NCBI GenBank assembly: GCA_963676835.2
Contig: CAXXFF010000004.1
Coordinates: 416,001-480,000, forward strand
Length of the DNA stretch: 64,000 bases
Direction of reading: 5' to 3'
DNA from: Marispirochaeta sp.
GTDB taxonomy: Bacteria; Spirochaetota; Spirochaetia; JC444; Marispirochaetaceae
Under the pieces are notes generated by a model. That model saw only the letters and a program-made list of their open reading frames with translations, was not told where the DNA came from and made no database searches. Numbering within the stretch: position 1 is the first letter of the stretch; every line of letters begins with the position of its first letter. A program made the position numbers and the translations under genes. Of this stretch, positions 9,809-21,975 are shown piece after piece.

Positions 9809-9949
9809 GTTAGCCCCCTTTTATCTTTAAGGTACCCCCTAATTATTACCATTTCAATTATATTACTAATTAAATAATATTTGACTGAATATACAATGAC
9901 TTAACCAGCCAGGTTAAATATGAGATACTTCCCCTCACAGGAGAACATA

Positions 9950-10663
9950 ATGACAGGCCCTTTTCTCAACAGTGCAGCAATAATTACAGGCGGGATTCTC
10001 GGTGTTGTTCTAAAGAATGTTGTGCCCAAACGAATAGAGGAAGGGCTGCCATCGACCTTTTCCCTGGTTGCCATGTCTCTCGGAGTAACCATGATTATCC
10101 GGGTAAGCAATGTACCCGCAGTGGTTATCGCCCTGCTTATCGGAACTGTCATAGGGGAACTTCTCAAACTGGAAACAGGGGTACAGACCGCCGCAGGAAA
10201 ACTGCAGAAAAGCGTTGCCCGCATAATTCCCCACACCCACTCGCTGGACGATGAAACCTTCGCCAGGAACTTTACTTCCATGACCATACTCTTCAGCGTA
10301 AGCGCCCTGGGAATTATCGGAGGCCTGACAGAGGGATTGAGCGGGGACTATCAGCTGCTGATTATAAAGTCTCTGCTGGATTTTCCCACAGCTCTGATAT
10401 TTGCCATGAGCCTGGGAGCGGCTGTTGCATTTATTGCTGTTCCCCAGCTGATCATTCAGGGGGCTATGTTTTTTCTGGCTGAGGCAATAATGCCCTGGAT
10501 GGATGAGGCAGCCTACGGCGACTTTTCCGCACTGGGAGGCATCATAATGCTCGCCATAGGACTGCGTATTGCAGGAATAAAGAACTACTCGGTTACCAAC
10601 TTTCTGCCCGGCCTGCTGCTGGTAATTCCCGTATCATACCTCTGGAGGCACTATTTCGGCTGA
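9950..10663 (+). CDS. DUF554 (YdfK/YqgA-like) membrane protein
   Basis: GPFLNSAAIITGG and KSLLDF motifs. Start moved to ATG 9950, which follows an AGGAG SD. Confidence 0.88.
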   Translation: MTGPFLNSAAIITGGILGVVLKNVVPKRIEEGLPSTFSLVAMSLGVTMIIRVSNVPAVVIALLIGTVIGELLKLETGVQTAAGKLQKSVARIIPHTHSLDDETFARNFTSMTILFSVSALGIIGGLTEGLSGDYQLLIIKSLLDFPTALIFAMSLGAAVAFIAVPQLIIQGAMFFLAEAIMPWMDEAAYGDFSALGGIIMLAIGLRIAGIKNYSVTNFLPGLLLVIPVSYLWRHYFG

Positions 10664-12151
10664 AGAATCACCGGTCGCTTCCCCCACGTCAGCGGCGGTA
10701 TTCAGCCCGGCAATACTCTCTTCCCTGTTTTTCTGCTTTAACCAGAGAATCTGTTTCTGGGTTCCCACCAGGTGAAGCTGGCCACCGTTTTCCTTCAGCA
10801 CCATATACAGGTTAAGCAGGTAGCGGATACTTTCGGGATCGATTGATTCAACCTTACTCATTCGAATGGTAATCTCTTTCTGTCCGGAATAGAGGAGCTG
10901 GCGGATCATAGGGGAGAGATACTCAACATTTCCCAGGGATAACGATCCGGAGAGGATAAAAACCCCCGGGGACTCTCCGTCAATCTCAATGGACAGAGGA
11001 TTCTTCAGGGCTTTTTTGTCTTCAACCTTCTGACTTTGGGAGGTGACATGAGAAAGCATCTCGTTGGTATTCCGCAGCCGCTTTACCAGCCCCTCCAGAA
11101 TATTCATAAACCAGTCGGGCACGGTATATACATTGGCAAAAAACTCACGGGGGGTAATTTCCAGAACAGTACTGGTTTTTGCAGCCTTCACTGTGGCAGA
11201 GCGCTTGCCTTCCCGCAGTAGAGACATTTCGCCTACAACATCACCGGAACGGGATTTTCCAAGAAAAACCGGGTTCTGCCCTTTTACCTCCTCGAGAATC
11301 TCAAACTCACCGGACTTGATAACAAACATGGATCGTTCATAATCACCCTGGCGAATCAGAATCTCTCCCTGTTCAACCCGACGGAGGGGCAGGTTTGAGC
11401 TTTCAATTAGGCTGCGAATCTCTTTTATTCCGGCAACCTTATTGCGGATAAGCTGCATATTCCGCAGCTTTATTTTACCTTCCTGTGCAGGCCTGCTTTT
11501 AGCCAGCTGAAGCAGATAGCCCAGACTCTCCATATCGGCATCAATTACGCCGGAAAAATCGATAACAATACCTTCGGGGCACTTCAACAACGCCTTTCGC
11601 ACCCGGACTTTGACCGAATCTATCTGAGTCTGGTCAAAAACACCCTTCAGATGCAGTTCGCCATTACACTCCTGCTGTTCAAGGGGTGCAGAATTTTCAG
11701 AGCTTTCATCCCGAGAGCTCTCTTCAGCTGCTATTGGATGAGGACCGGAGGCCATGTAGTCTCCAAGCAGTTCTGTTGTACGTTTTATCCGTTCAACCAG
11801 AACCCGGGCAATACTCAGGGCCCAGCCGGAAATACTCAGAGCGTCATCTTTGAGAATATCTTCACTGATTCTATTGGCAATTACAGGTTCAAGGGCGGTG
11901 ACTGTTGCGGTACGGGGAATCCCTGCAATAAAGGACATTTCCCCCACATGACAGCCTTTTCCAAGCTCGGTAATGGGTACGGTGGCTCCTTCCTTGGAGA
12001 TTGCTACCCGTACCCGCCCCTTGCGGATAATATACATTTCCCGGCTTTCGGATCCTTCCTTAAAAAGGAGATCCCCCGCATCGAAACGCAAAAGCTTTGT
12101 CTGTGGATAAAGATCATCGGCCCGTTCGGGCGATTCTTCTGTCTTGCCCAT
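10634..12151 (-). CDS. Tandem cNMP-binding/STAS protein (cNMP-STAS-cNMP-STAS)
   Basis: Two CNB motifs (GEMSFI..PRTATV; GEMSLL..KRSATV), each followed by a STAS-like segment (IVIDFSGVIDAD; ITIRMSKVESID). Confidence 0.8.
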   Translation of the reverse strand: MGKTEESPERADDLYPQTKLLRFDAGDLLFKEGSESREMYIIRKGRVRVAISKEGATVPITELGKGCHVGEMSFIAGIPRTATVTALEPVIANRISEDILKDDALSISGWALSIARVLVERIKRTTELLGDYMASGPHPIAAEESSRDESSENSAPLEQQECNGELHLKGVFDQTQIDSVKVRVRKALLKCPEGIVIDFSGVIDADMESLGYLLQLAKSRPAQEGKIKLRNMQLIRNKVAGIKEIRSLIESSNLPLRRVEQGEILIRQGDYERSMFVIKSGEFEILEEVKGQNPVFLGKSRSGDVVGEMSLLREGKRSATVKAAKTSTVLEITPREFFANVYTVPDWFMNILEGLVKRLRNTNEMLSHVTSQSQKVEDKKALKNPLSIEIDGESPGVFILSGSLSLGNVEYLSPMIRQLLYSGQKEITIRMSKVESIDPESIRYLLNLYMVLKENGGQLHLVGTQKQILWLKQKNREESIAGLNTAADVGEATGDSSAEIVPPEV

Positions 12152-12210
12152 ACTTTACAATATAAGTCATGGACGCAGCACAAGCAAATAAGCGGGAATA
12201 TGCCTGAAAT

Positions 12211-12477
12211 CTAACTGGCCGCCTCAGCAGGATCAAGGGTAATGGTACAGCGGTTTCCCCGGAATGAGAGTATACCGCTGGCGGCAGACACAGAGTGTTC
12301 CTGACCAACCCCGTCCCGGTAGCGGACCAGGGAGTTCTCCTTGAGAACCGCCAGAACCGGCTCGTGCCGGGCTTCGAATCCCATGGACCCGTCGGGGGTT
12401 ATTATCCCGCAGAATCCAGCCTCTCCGTCATAAAAAACGTGGGTCACCGAAGTGATGGTCAGATCAAAGGTCTTCAT
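12211..12477 (-). CDS. atpC: F0F1 ATP synthase epsilon subunit, N-terminal beta-domain only
   Basis: Last gene of the atp operon; GSMGFEARHEP motif; 88 aa. Confidence 0.85.
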   Translation of the reverse strand: MKTFDLTITSVTHVFYDGEAGFCGIITPDGSMGFEARHEPVLAVLKENSLVRYRDGVGQEHSVSAASGILSFRGNRCTITLDPAEAAS

Positions 12478-12479
12478 AC

Positions 12480-14767
<2,288 letters not shown>

Positions 14768-14780
14768 GCCTTATCCGTTC

Positions 14781-16970
14781 CTATTTCTCCGAAAGCTCTT
14801 TTATTCTGGGAATAAGATCCTTCAGCTCTTCCGGAGTCTCAGCTTTGAGCCAGGAATCTTCAAAGGAGGGATGGTTTACTATCAGTGCCAGGGTGGAGAT
14901 TACCACCAGGTGAAAGTGGCGCTGATCCATGGATCCCGCCAGGAAGAACATGGCATGAACCTCGGGAGCCGTATCGGTAAATTTAATTCCCCGTTTTGAG
15001 CGGACAATAAGCAGCTGAAACTTGCGCTTGCCCTCGATAACAATATGGGGCAGAGCAAAGAATGGGCTCAGGGCAGTCGAACTGGAAGCCTCCCGGGCAA
15101 GGAGTTTGTCGTAAATCTCCTTGGCGTTGATATCCGCGTGTTCCTTTGCCATTTTTTTGGACGCAACCTTGAAGAGGGTTTCCATCTTTGAGGATTTTTC
15201 ATAATCAATAACTTCACAGTTGGCCACGAGCTCTTCGAAGCGGTCCTTCTCAAGCACATCGTCCCCGGCAATAATCTGCTCCAGCTCCTTCTCCAGAGAA
15301 GGAGATGCAAGCTCCCGGGAAGTGACCCGTTCAACCAGCTTGAGCATATCCCGGTTTATCCGTGAAGAACGCTGACTCATGGCCATGGCAAGCTTTACTG
15401 TGTAGCCCGAGTCTATGCCGCCGCTCACTGAATCCGGCCGGAAATGCTTTTCAAACTCGTCAAAGAGAGCATCAATCTCCTTACCAAGAGCATCATCAAT
15501 GGCTCCGGTCTCCCGAAGCTTTGCCAGAACCGGGGCACCTTCATTATCAAGATAGTCAAAAAGCTCCGACTGGTAGCTTAAAAGCTTACCCGTAGGATAC
15601 TTGTCCAGACGGCCTGATGTACCGGCCTTAAGAATAAAAACCTGTTTAAAAACATCCACCGGCTGATACTGGGGCTGCTTGAGAATCTCCGTAAGCCGTT
15701 CTCCCCGGTCGAGCTGCTTCTTGGTGGCGCTGTCCAGGTCTGATGAAAACTGCATAAAGGCTGCAAGCTCCCGGAACTGGGCAAGGTCAATACGAAGAGA
15801 ACTTGCGGTCTGCTTCATTGCCTTTATCTGGGCATCACCGCCGACACGGGAAACAGATATTCCCACATTAATAGCCGGACGCAGACCGGAGTTGAACAGG
15901 TCAGCCTCAAGGAATATCTGACCGTCGGTTATGGAGATTATATTTGTGGGAATATAGGCGGAAACGTCACCTTCCTGAGTCTCGACAATAGGCAGGGAGG
16001 TGAGGGATCCTCCTCCCTGCTCATCACTCATCTTGGCGGCACGCTCAAGGAGCCTGGAATGGAGGTAGAAAACATCTCCCGGATAGGCTTCCCGTCCCGG
16101 AGAACGGCGCATCAGCAGGGAGAGCTCCCGGTAGGCCTGGGAGTGCTTGGTCAGGTCATCATAGATAACCAGGGCATGCTGTCCGTTATCCCGAAAGTAC
16201 TCCGCCATGGCCGTAGCGGCGTAGGGAGCAAGATACTGAAGTGCAGCAGGGTCGGAAGCGGTGGCGGCAACCACAGTGGTATACTCCATAACACCATGAC
16301 GCTTAAGGGTTTCGATAAGCTGAACCACCGAGGAGCGCTTCTGTCCGATGGCTACATAGAAACAGTAAACCGGTTCATTACGGCTGTCCTGCTTCTGATT
16401 AATTATCGTATCCACGGCAATGGTGGTTTTTCCGGTACGGCGGTCGCCGATGATCAGCTCCCGCTGTCCACGGCCGATGGGAATCATGGCATCAATAGCC
16501 TTGATTCCTGTCTGCAGGGGTGTGGCCACATTCTGCCGGTCGATAATGCCGGGGCCCTTCCGCTCCACCCGGTAATAGGCTTCCGCTTCAATGGGTCCCT
16601 GCCCGTCGATGGGATTTCCCAGGGGATCAACAACCCGTCCGAGAAGAGCTTTACCCGCAGGAACCTCCGCAACACGGCTGGTCCGGCGGACAGTACAGCC
16701 TTCCCGGACCTTCTCGTATTCCGAAAAGAGGACAATACCCACAGTATCCTCTTCGAGATTCATGACCATGCCGCTGACTGGATCACCGGCATCGACATCA
16801 ACCTCTACAAGTTCCCCGGACATAATATTGTCCAGACCCCAGACCTGAGCTATACCGTCACCAGCCTGAACAACCCGGCCGACTTCAACTTCCCCGGAAG
16901 ACGGCTTGAAATCGGAGATTCTGTTTTTAAGCAGTTCAAGAATCTCCCCCGGTTTTATCTCTTCTCTCAT
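14781..16970 (-). CDS. atpA: F0F1 ATP synthase alpha subunit fused to a C-terminal PTS EIIA-like domain
   Basis: GDRRTGKT and [20 protein letters not shown] in aa 1 to about 510. A further ~219 aa follow in frame, containing LARE..SSTAL..FALPH. Confidence 0.97.
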   Translation of the reverse strand: MREEIKPGEILELLKNRISDFKPSSGEVEVGRVVQAGDGIAQVWGLDNIMSGELVEVDVDAGDPVSGMVMNLEEDTVGIVLFSEYEKVREGCTVRRTSRVAEVPAGKALLGRVVDPLGNPIDGQGPIEAEAYYRVERKGPGIIDRQNVATPLQTGIKAIDAMIPIGRGQRELIIGDRRTGKTTIAVDTIINQKQDSRNEPVYCFYVAIGQKRSSVVQLIETLKRHGVMEYTTVVAATASDPAALQYLAPYAATAMAEYFRDNGQHALVIYDDLTKHSQAYRELSLLMRRSPGREAYPGDVFYLHSRLLERAAKMSDEQGGGSLTSLPIVETQEGDVSAYIPTNIISITDGQIFLEADLFNSGLRPAINVGISVSRVGGDAQIKAMKQTASSLRIDLAQFRELAAFMQFSSDLDSATKKQLDRGERLTEILKQPQYQPVDVFKQVFILKAGTSGRLDKYPTGKLLSYQSELFDYLDNEGAPVLAKLRETGAIDDALGKEIDALFDEFEKHFRPDSVSGGIDSGYTVKLAMAMSQRSSRINRDMLKLVERVTSRELASPSLEKELEQIIAGDDVLEKDRFEELVANCEVIDYEKSSKMETLFKVASKKMAKEHADINAKEIYDKLLAREASSSTALSPFFALPHIVIEGKRKFQLLIVRSKRGIKFTDTAPEVHAMFFLAGSMDQRHFHLVVISTLALIVNHPSFEDSWLKAETPEELKDLIPRIKELSEK

Positions 16971-17512
16971 ACCCTATCCTGTTTTAACCACCGCCGCATT
17001 TCCTGCAGTCTGTGGGCAGTGGACATATCTATCAGTTTTGAATTCATGAGGATTCTTACCCCTCCGAGGATTTCCGGTCTGTGGCGGTATTCAACCCGGA
17101 CACTTCTGCCGGCAAGAGTCTCGAAAAGTGGATCCAGCCGTTCTGCAAGGTCATTCCCCGGATCAAAGGCTGTATCAACCAGCACAGGAGTAATACCCTC
17201 CTCCCGGTCTGCTACCTGCTGGAAAGCATCAGGCAGAAGCGGCAGAATCGCAATCCGGCCGTTTCTTACAGCAGCCTCAAGCAGCCTCTCTGCAAGTTCA
17301 CTCACGTAGGGCGCAAAGGCTATGCGGCAGAATTCAATCCCCTCATTGCGTCCGTTATCTCCCCGGAGACAGTACTCCCGAACTCCCTCCACCTGGGAGA
17401 AAATCCCGGCCAGTGCAGAGATATCTGCTGCTGCTTCCTTGAGACTGGAGCTTTCCCGTGCAGTTTCATACAAAGCACGGGCATATCTGACAGCCAGACC
17501 GCTTTCTGTCAT
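16967..17512 (-). CDS. atpH: F0F1 ATP synthase delta subunit
   Basis: [10 protein letters not shown] and [13 protein letters not shown] motifs; operon position. Confidence 0.92.
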   Translation of the reverse strand: MTESGLAVRYARALYETARESSSLKEAAADISALAGIFSQVEGVREYCLRGDNGRNEGIEFCRIAFAPYVSELAERLLEAAVRNGRIAILPLLPDAFQQVADREEGITPVLVDTAFDPGNDLAERLDPLFETLAGRSVRVEYRHRPEILGGVRILMNSKLIDMSTAHRLQEMRRWLKQDRV

Positions 17513-17991
17513 AAGCTTTTAATAAGCTCCTCTACCCGGTTCCTGTCCGCATCTGCACTGTAGGTCTGATCCACCAGTTTTTCAGATACAGATAGTACCA
17601 GGTCGGCAATTTCCGACCTCAGAGACTCTATAGCGGCCGCCCGCTCTGTGGAAATAGATGCTGCAGCCTGAGAGTGGAGTTCACTGATCTCCGCTTCCGC
17701 TTTCTCAAGCATCCGGGTTTTTATCCCTTCCGCGTCCTTGCGGGTCTGACGGAGAATCTCATCCGCTTCATCCCGGGCACGCTGGATAACCTTTCCGTGC
17801 TCTGCTTCAATCTCTGCAAGACGCTGCTCAATCTGTTCGGCCTTGTTTACGGACTCCCGGATTTTTCTTTCCCGGCTGTTTATGGCACCGAAAAGACCGG
17901 GAAACACAAACTTCCATAAAAGAACAAACAGCAGTCCGAATGTTATCCAGGTCCATAAAAAAAGGCCCGGATCCAGTTTAAACAAGTCCAC
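17509..17991 (-). CDS. atpF: F0F1 ATP synthase b subunit
   Basis: N-terminal TM helix then coiled coil; GTG start with SD. Confidence 0.95.
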   Translation of the reverse strand: MDLFKLDPGLFLWTWITFGLLFVLLWKFVFPGLFGAINSRERKIRESVNKAEQIEQRLAEIEAEHGKVIQRARDEADEILRQTRKDAEGIKTRMLEKAEAEISELHSQAAASISTERAAAIESLRSEIADLVLSVSEKLVDQTYSADADRNRVEELIKSL

Positions 17992-18066
17992 ACTTCACCT
18001 CTCTATCCTACTACCCTACTACCTCTCCACCTCTGGCTATTATTCTTTCTCAACTATAGAAACAGA

Positions 18067-18297
18067 TCAGTTAGAGAAGATAACCAGAAGGGCGATGATG
18101 GCACTGAAGAAAGCGAGGCCTTCAATAAGGGCTGCCATCAGAATCATGTTACTGCGGATATCCTTCTTCTCTTCCGGCTGCCGGGCGATGGCTTCCATAG
18201 CCTTTGCACCAATCATACCAATACCTATCGCTCCTCCAATGGCGCCGAGTGCGGCGCCGATAACAGCAAGCGCTTTGGCAAGTGCAACAAAATCCAT
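18067..18297 (-). CDS. atpE: F0F1 ATP synthase c subunit
   Basis: Gly-rich first helix, ARQPE loop, ALIEG carboxylate. Confidence 0.97.
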   Translation of the reverse strand: MDFVALAKALAVIGAALGAIGGAIGIGMIGAKAMEAIARQPEEKKDIRSNMILMAALIEGLAFFSAIIALLVIFSN

Positions 18298-18328
18298 ATA
18301 ATTCCTCCGTTCTATTTCTTTTTATAGA

Positions 18329-19171
18329 TCACCCGTGGGCACTGCTGGCCTGGGTAATAAAAATACAGCTGAGTAAGGTAAACACCAGGGCCTGGATAAG
18401 TGCAACCAGCACCTCCAGGGCATAGGTAAAAAGTGCAAAAGGTATTGAAACTGCGGTCATTATTGGACTGAGAACAAAAATAAGTACAATAAAGGAGAGT
18501 ATTGCCAGATGTCCGGCGAACATGTTGGCAAAAATCCGCAGGCTTAAAACCATTATCTTGATAAAAAATCCCAGCATCTCCAGAATGGCAACAAAAACCG
18601 CAACAGGAAAGGCTGTGTCTTCGGGAAAGAAATTCTTGAAAAAGTGAACCACCCCGATCCGCAGGAAGCCTATAAGCACCATGAGGACAAAGACCATTAT
18701 CGCCAGGGCGCTGGTAACGTTAATATTGCCGGTGGCAGATTTAAATGCCGGAATCAGTCCGATCAGGTTCATTACCAGAATAAAGAGAAACATGGTGGTA
18801 AAGAAGGGCATCCAGCGCTCCCCCCGCTCCTCTCCCATCACGGGGTAGACAATATCATCCCGGACAAACAAGACAATCATCTCCAGTCCCACAGCGGCAA
18901 ATCCGGGCTTAAGCCGGGGTTTACGGAAAATAACGGCAAAGGTCAGAAATATAAGCAGGCCGGACAGTATCAGCATAAGCCGGTGAACGGTAAGAAATGC
19001 AGGAAGCTCTATATGAGGAAGAAAGGGGAAGATTTCCAGAACCTGTCCGTCCTGAATATGAGAAAAGAGGGCATCTGCGGGACTTTCATTTGCAGCCTCA
19101 CCGGATTCTGCAAAGAGAGGAACCAGGAAAAAGAGAAGCACTATGAGTGGCAGCAGTTTTCTATTTCTCAT
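18329..19171 (-). CDS. atpB: F0F1 ATP synthase a subunit
   Basis: NLIGLIP, ATGNINVT, LRIFANMFAGH and LIQALVFTLL motifs. Confidence 0.97.
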   Translation of the reverse strand: MRNRKLLPLIVLLFFLVPLFAESGEAANESPADALFSHIQDGQVLEIFPFLPHIELPAFLTVHRLMLILSGLLIFLTFAVIFRKPRLKPGFAAVGLEMIVLFVRDDIVYPVMGEERGERWMPFFTTMFLFILVMNLIGLIPAFKSATGNINVTSALAIMVFVLMVLIGFLRIGVVHFFKNFFPEDTAFPVAVFVAILEMLGFFIKIMVLSLRIFANMFAGHLAILSFIVLIFVLSPIMTAVSIPFALFTYALEVLVALIQALVFTLLSCIFITQASSAHG

Positions 19172-19390
19172 TATATCCGCCGTATCCCTGAAAGATACGC
19201 ATAAAAACTATCATAGAACATTTTCTGTGTACACTGCAAACAGTACATTATTGGCTAATTATGGGTTCTATTGTCCAGCTTGTAGTGTAATTGGGGACTT
19301 ATGTCCTAAAAATAGTCGATTTTACCCGACATAAAAGAAGGTGATTCCACTTGTTCTCCATCGGTGATACTGCTACTATTTCATACCGGC

Positions 19391-20689
19391 ATGAGTAGCA
19401 AAATCGAAACATACGATTACGTCATAGTCGGATCAGGCCCCGCAGGACTGGGAGCCGCCTTCCACATTGTCGAGAATCACCCCGGCAGCAGCCTCCTTAT
19501 TATGGATCAGGAAAATTTCTCCACCGGCGGGCTGCGTAACGACTGTAAAATGAACTTCACCTTCCCCATCGGTTTTCCCGAAGACAACTGGACAAGAGAA
19601 CAGGGTGAACATTACCTCGCAAAGGTGAGAGACAAACTCGCCCCCAGTATCCTCAACCGTACAAATCTTGGTGTTTACGCCCGAAGATCCGAACGGCTGG
19701 GTGTAAACCTGCTGGAAATAGAACAGACCCACCTTGGGACCGACGGCGGACTGGAATTGATCAAAGAGCTGACCGCGGAACTCACGGAAAAGGGGGTTCA
19801 CTTTTCCCTGGGAGAAGAGATGATCGGGGTCAACGAAGATACCCGCCTCATCAGTACCACCCGGAGGGAGATCAACTACGGATCTCTCCTCATCGCCCCC
19901 GGCAGGCGGGGGTTCAAGTTCCTGCAGAAGGTTATGGACGCTCTGGATATAGCCTATGTAGACCACATTGTGGATATCGGGATTCGAGTAGAAACCAGGC
20001 AGGAGCGATACCCCATTGTCTCCGACTATTATGACCCGAAGTTCCATTTTCCCGACAAGGTGCGCACCTTCTGCACCAATTCGGGGAACGCCCACGTGGT
20101 ACAGGAAAAATACCAGACTGTGGACGGATCCATCTATTACAGCGTAAACGGCCACGCTTATTCCAAACAAAAGGGAAAAGATAACGGCCTGGTCAATTTC
20201 GCCATGCTGAAAACCATCCGGCTCACCCAGCCTGTCGCATCAGGACAGGCTTTTGCCGAAGGCCTGGGTCTGCAGGCCATGCTCATGGGCGGCGGCCACC
20301 CCCTTATGCAGAGGGTGGGAGATTTCCGACTGGGAAAACGGTCCAAGCGGGACTCCTTTTCCGGTGATCTTTACGACTTTGAACCAACCCTGAAAGGATG
20401 CTCCCCGGGGGATATCAGCCTGGCCATGCCGGCAAAGGTTCTCAGGGGCATATGGAAATCCATGAAGCTCCTGGACACCATTGTTCCCGGACTGCTTCAT
20501 CCGAGCACCATAATGTACTATCCGGAAATCAAACTCTACGCCAATAAACCCACCTTCATCGATGGAAACTTCCGGGTAAAAGAGACCATATTCTTCGCCG
20601 GCGACGGAGCCGGAACCAGCAGAGGTATCACCGCCGCCTGGGCGGCGGGAATAAGGGCTGCAGAAGGAATGGTGAAACACACCAAATGA
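19391..20689 (+). CDS. Uncharacterised FAD-dependent oxidoreductase (COG2509-like)
   Basis: IVGSGPAG, HLGTD, DIGIRVE, VRTFCTN and AGDGAGTSRG motifs. ATG at 19391 preferred over the GTG at 19364. Confidence 0.85.
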   Translation: MSSKIETYDYVIVGSGPAGLGAAFHIVENHPGSSLLIMDQENFSTGGLRNDCKMNFTFPIGFPEDNWTREQGEHYLAKVRDKLAPSILNRTNLGVYARRSERLGVNLLEIEQTHLGTDGGLELIKELTAELTEKGVHFSLGEEMIGVNEDTRLISTTRREINYGSLLIAPGRRGFKFLQKVMDALDIAYVDHIVDIGIRVETRQERYPIVSDYYDPKFHFPDKVRTFCTNSGNAHVVQEKYQTVDGSIYYSVNGHAYSKQKGKDNGLVNFAMLKTIRLTQPVASGQAFAEGLGLQAMLMGGGHPLMQRVGDFRLGKRSKRDSFSGDLYDFEPTLKGCSPGDISLAMPAKVLRGIWKSMKLLDTIVPGLLHPSTIMYYPEIKLYANKPTFIDGNFRVKETIFFAGDGAGTSRGITAAWAAGIRAAEGMVKHTK

Positions 20690-21909
20690 CAGAAAAGCTC
20701 TACTACCGGGATCCCTACCAGCGGGAGTTTTCCAGCCGCCTTATTCGTCAGGAGGAGATCTCCACGAAACAGGGGCCCCGCTGGAAGGCCGTGCTGGCAT
20801 CCACCTGCTTCTATCCCGCCGGCGGCGGTCAGCCTTCGGACAAGGGCACTCTTAACGATAATGAAGTGGTGGATGTACAGAAAGAGGGTGATGAGGTGGT
20901 ACACATACTGGAAACCCCGCTTGATCCCGATACAATTGAGGTTTTCGGACGTATAGAACCCATGCACCGCAGGCACTTTATGCAGCAGCATACAGGGCAG
21001 CATATTATTTCCGCAGTGCTTCAGAAATTCGGAAGGCCGACAAAGTCTGTTCATCTTGGAGAGGCGGAAACCAGCGTGGAATCCGAAGGTGAGGCCCCCA
21101 CCCCTTTCGAGCTGATCCAGATTGAAGATGAGGTAAACCGCATTATCTGCAGCAACCTGCGGGTAGACGGTTTCTTTGTAGATGATTCAGAGCTGCACAA
21201 GCATAACCTGCGCCGTTCACTGAAAGCCGAAGGGAACATACGGCTGGTGGAAATTGAGGGAGTGGATAAAATCGGCTGCGGCGGTGTACATCTGCAGCGA
21301 ACCGGAGAAGTCCGGCTGATTAAACATACGGGAACAGAATCTGTCAGGGGAAACTGCCGTCTCTCCTTTGTAATAGGAGACGCTGCAGTTGCAGACTACC
21401 GGGAAAAAAGCCGGATTAGTGCAAGGCTCACTGAAATGCTTTCGGCGCCCCGGGGGAAACTCCTGGAACGCCTGGGGGAATACCGGGAAAAAACGGCTGA
21501 ACGGGAGGGAATGCTAACTTCCCTCAAAAAAACAGTTAACAGCCTGACTGCAGAATCCCTGCTTCGGCAGGGGGAAGAGCTTCCCGGCGGAAGTCTCATT
21601 GCCGCAGTACTGCCTCCGGACCGGGCAGACCAGCTGCGGGAAATTGCTGAACTTCTACCCCGGGAAAAAATAGAACTTTACGGGCTTCTCTGCGCTGAAA
21701 TTGAAGGAACCCTGCGCTGGGTTATCTGCGCACCGGAAAAGGATGCTGACTTTTTCAAAGAGGAGAAGGACCGGCTTCTCTCCCTGATCAAGGGCAAAGG
21801 CGGCGGCAGACCTCCCTTCTGGCAGGGCAGCGGGACCCACCCGGAAGGGACGAAAGAGTTGATACAAAGCTTTAAAGAAAGAGTTAAAGCACGCCTCCGT
21901 CCCATATAA
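20686..21909 (+). CDS. AlaX-type alanyl-tRNA editing protein with C-terminal DHHA1 domain
   Basis: TEKLYYRDPY, FYPAGGGQPSD, QQHTGQH, CGGVH and GKGGG motifs. Confidence 0.9.
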   Translation: MTEKLYYRDPYQREFSSRLIRQEEISTKQGPRWKAVLASTCFYPAGGGQPSDKGTLNDNEVVDVQKEGDEVVHILETPLDPDTIEVFGRIEPMHRRHFMQQHTGQHIISAVLQKFGRPTKSVHLGEAETSVESEGEAPTPFELIQIEDEVNRIICSNLRVDGFFVDDSELHKHNLRRSLKAEGNIRLVEIEGVDKIGCGGVHLQRTGEVRLIKHTGTESVRGNCRLSFVIGDAAVADYREKSRISARLTEMLSAPRGKLLERLGEYREKTAEREGMLTSLKKTVNSLTAESLLRQGEELPGGSLIAAVLPPDRADQLREIAELLPREKIELYGLLCAEIEGTLRWVICAPEKDADFFKEEKDRLLSLIKGKGGGRPPFWQGSGTHPEGTKELIQSFKERVKARLRPI

Positions 21910-21935
21910 GGAACACTGTACATTATACGGGACAA

Positions 21936-21964
21936 TTGACCGGAACCATTTTTCACTGTAGAAT
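21936..21964 (+). promoter_or_regulatory. Sigma70-type promoter of the IclR-eda pair
   Basis: TTGACC-N17-TAGAAT. Confidence 0.6.
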
Positions 21965-21975
21965 AGCTATCCGTA

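Noticed and set aside
10634..10663. 30-bp convergent overlap of the DUF554 and cNMP-STAS genes
   Set aside because: Short 3' overlaps are common in compact genomes.
16059..17309. 416-aa plus-strand ORF
   Set aside because: Antisense shadow of atpA/atpH.
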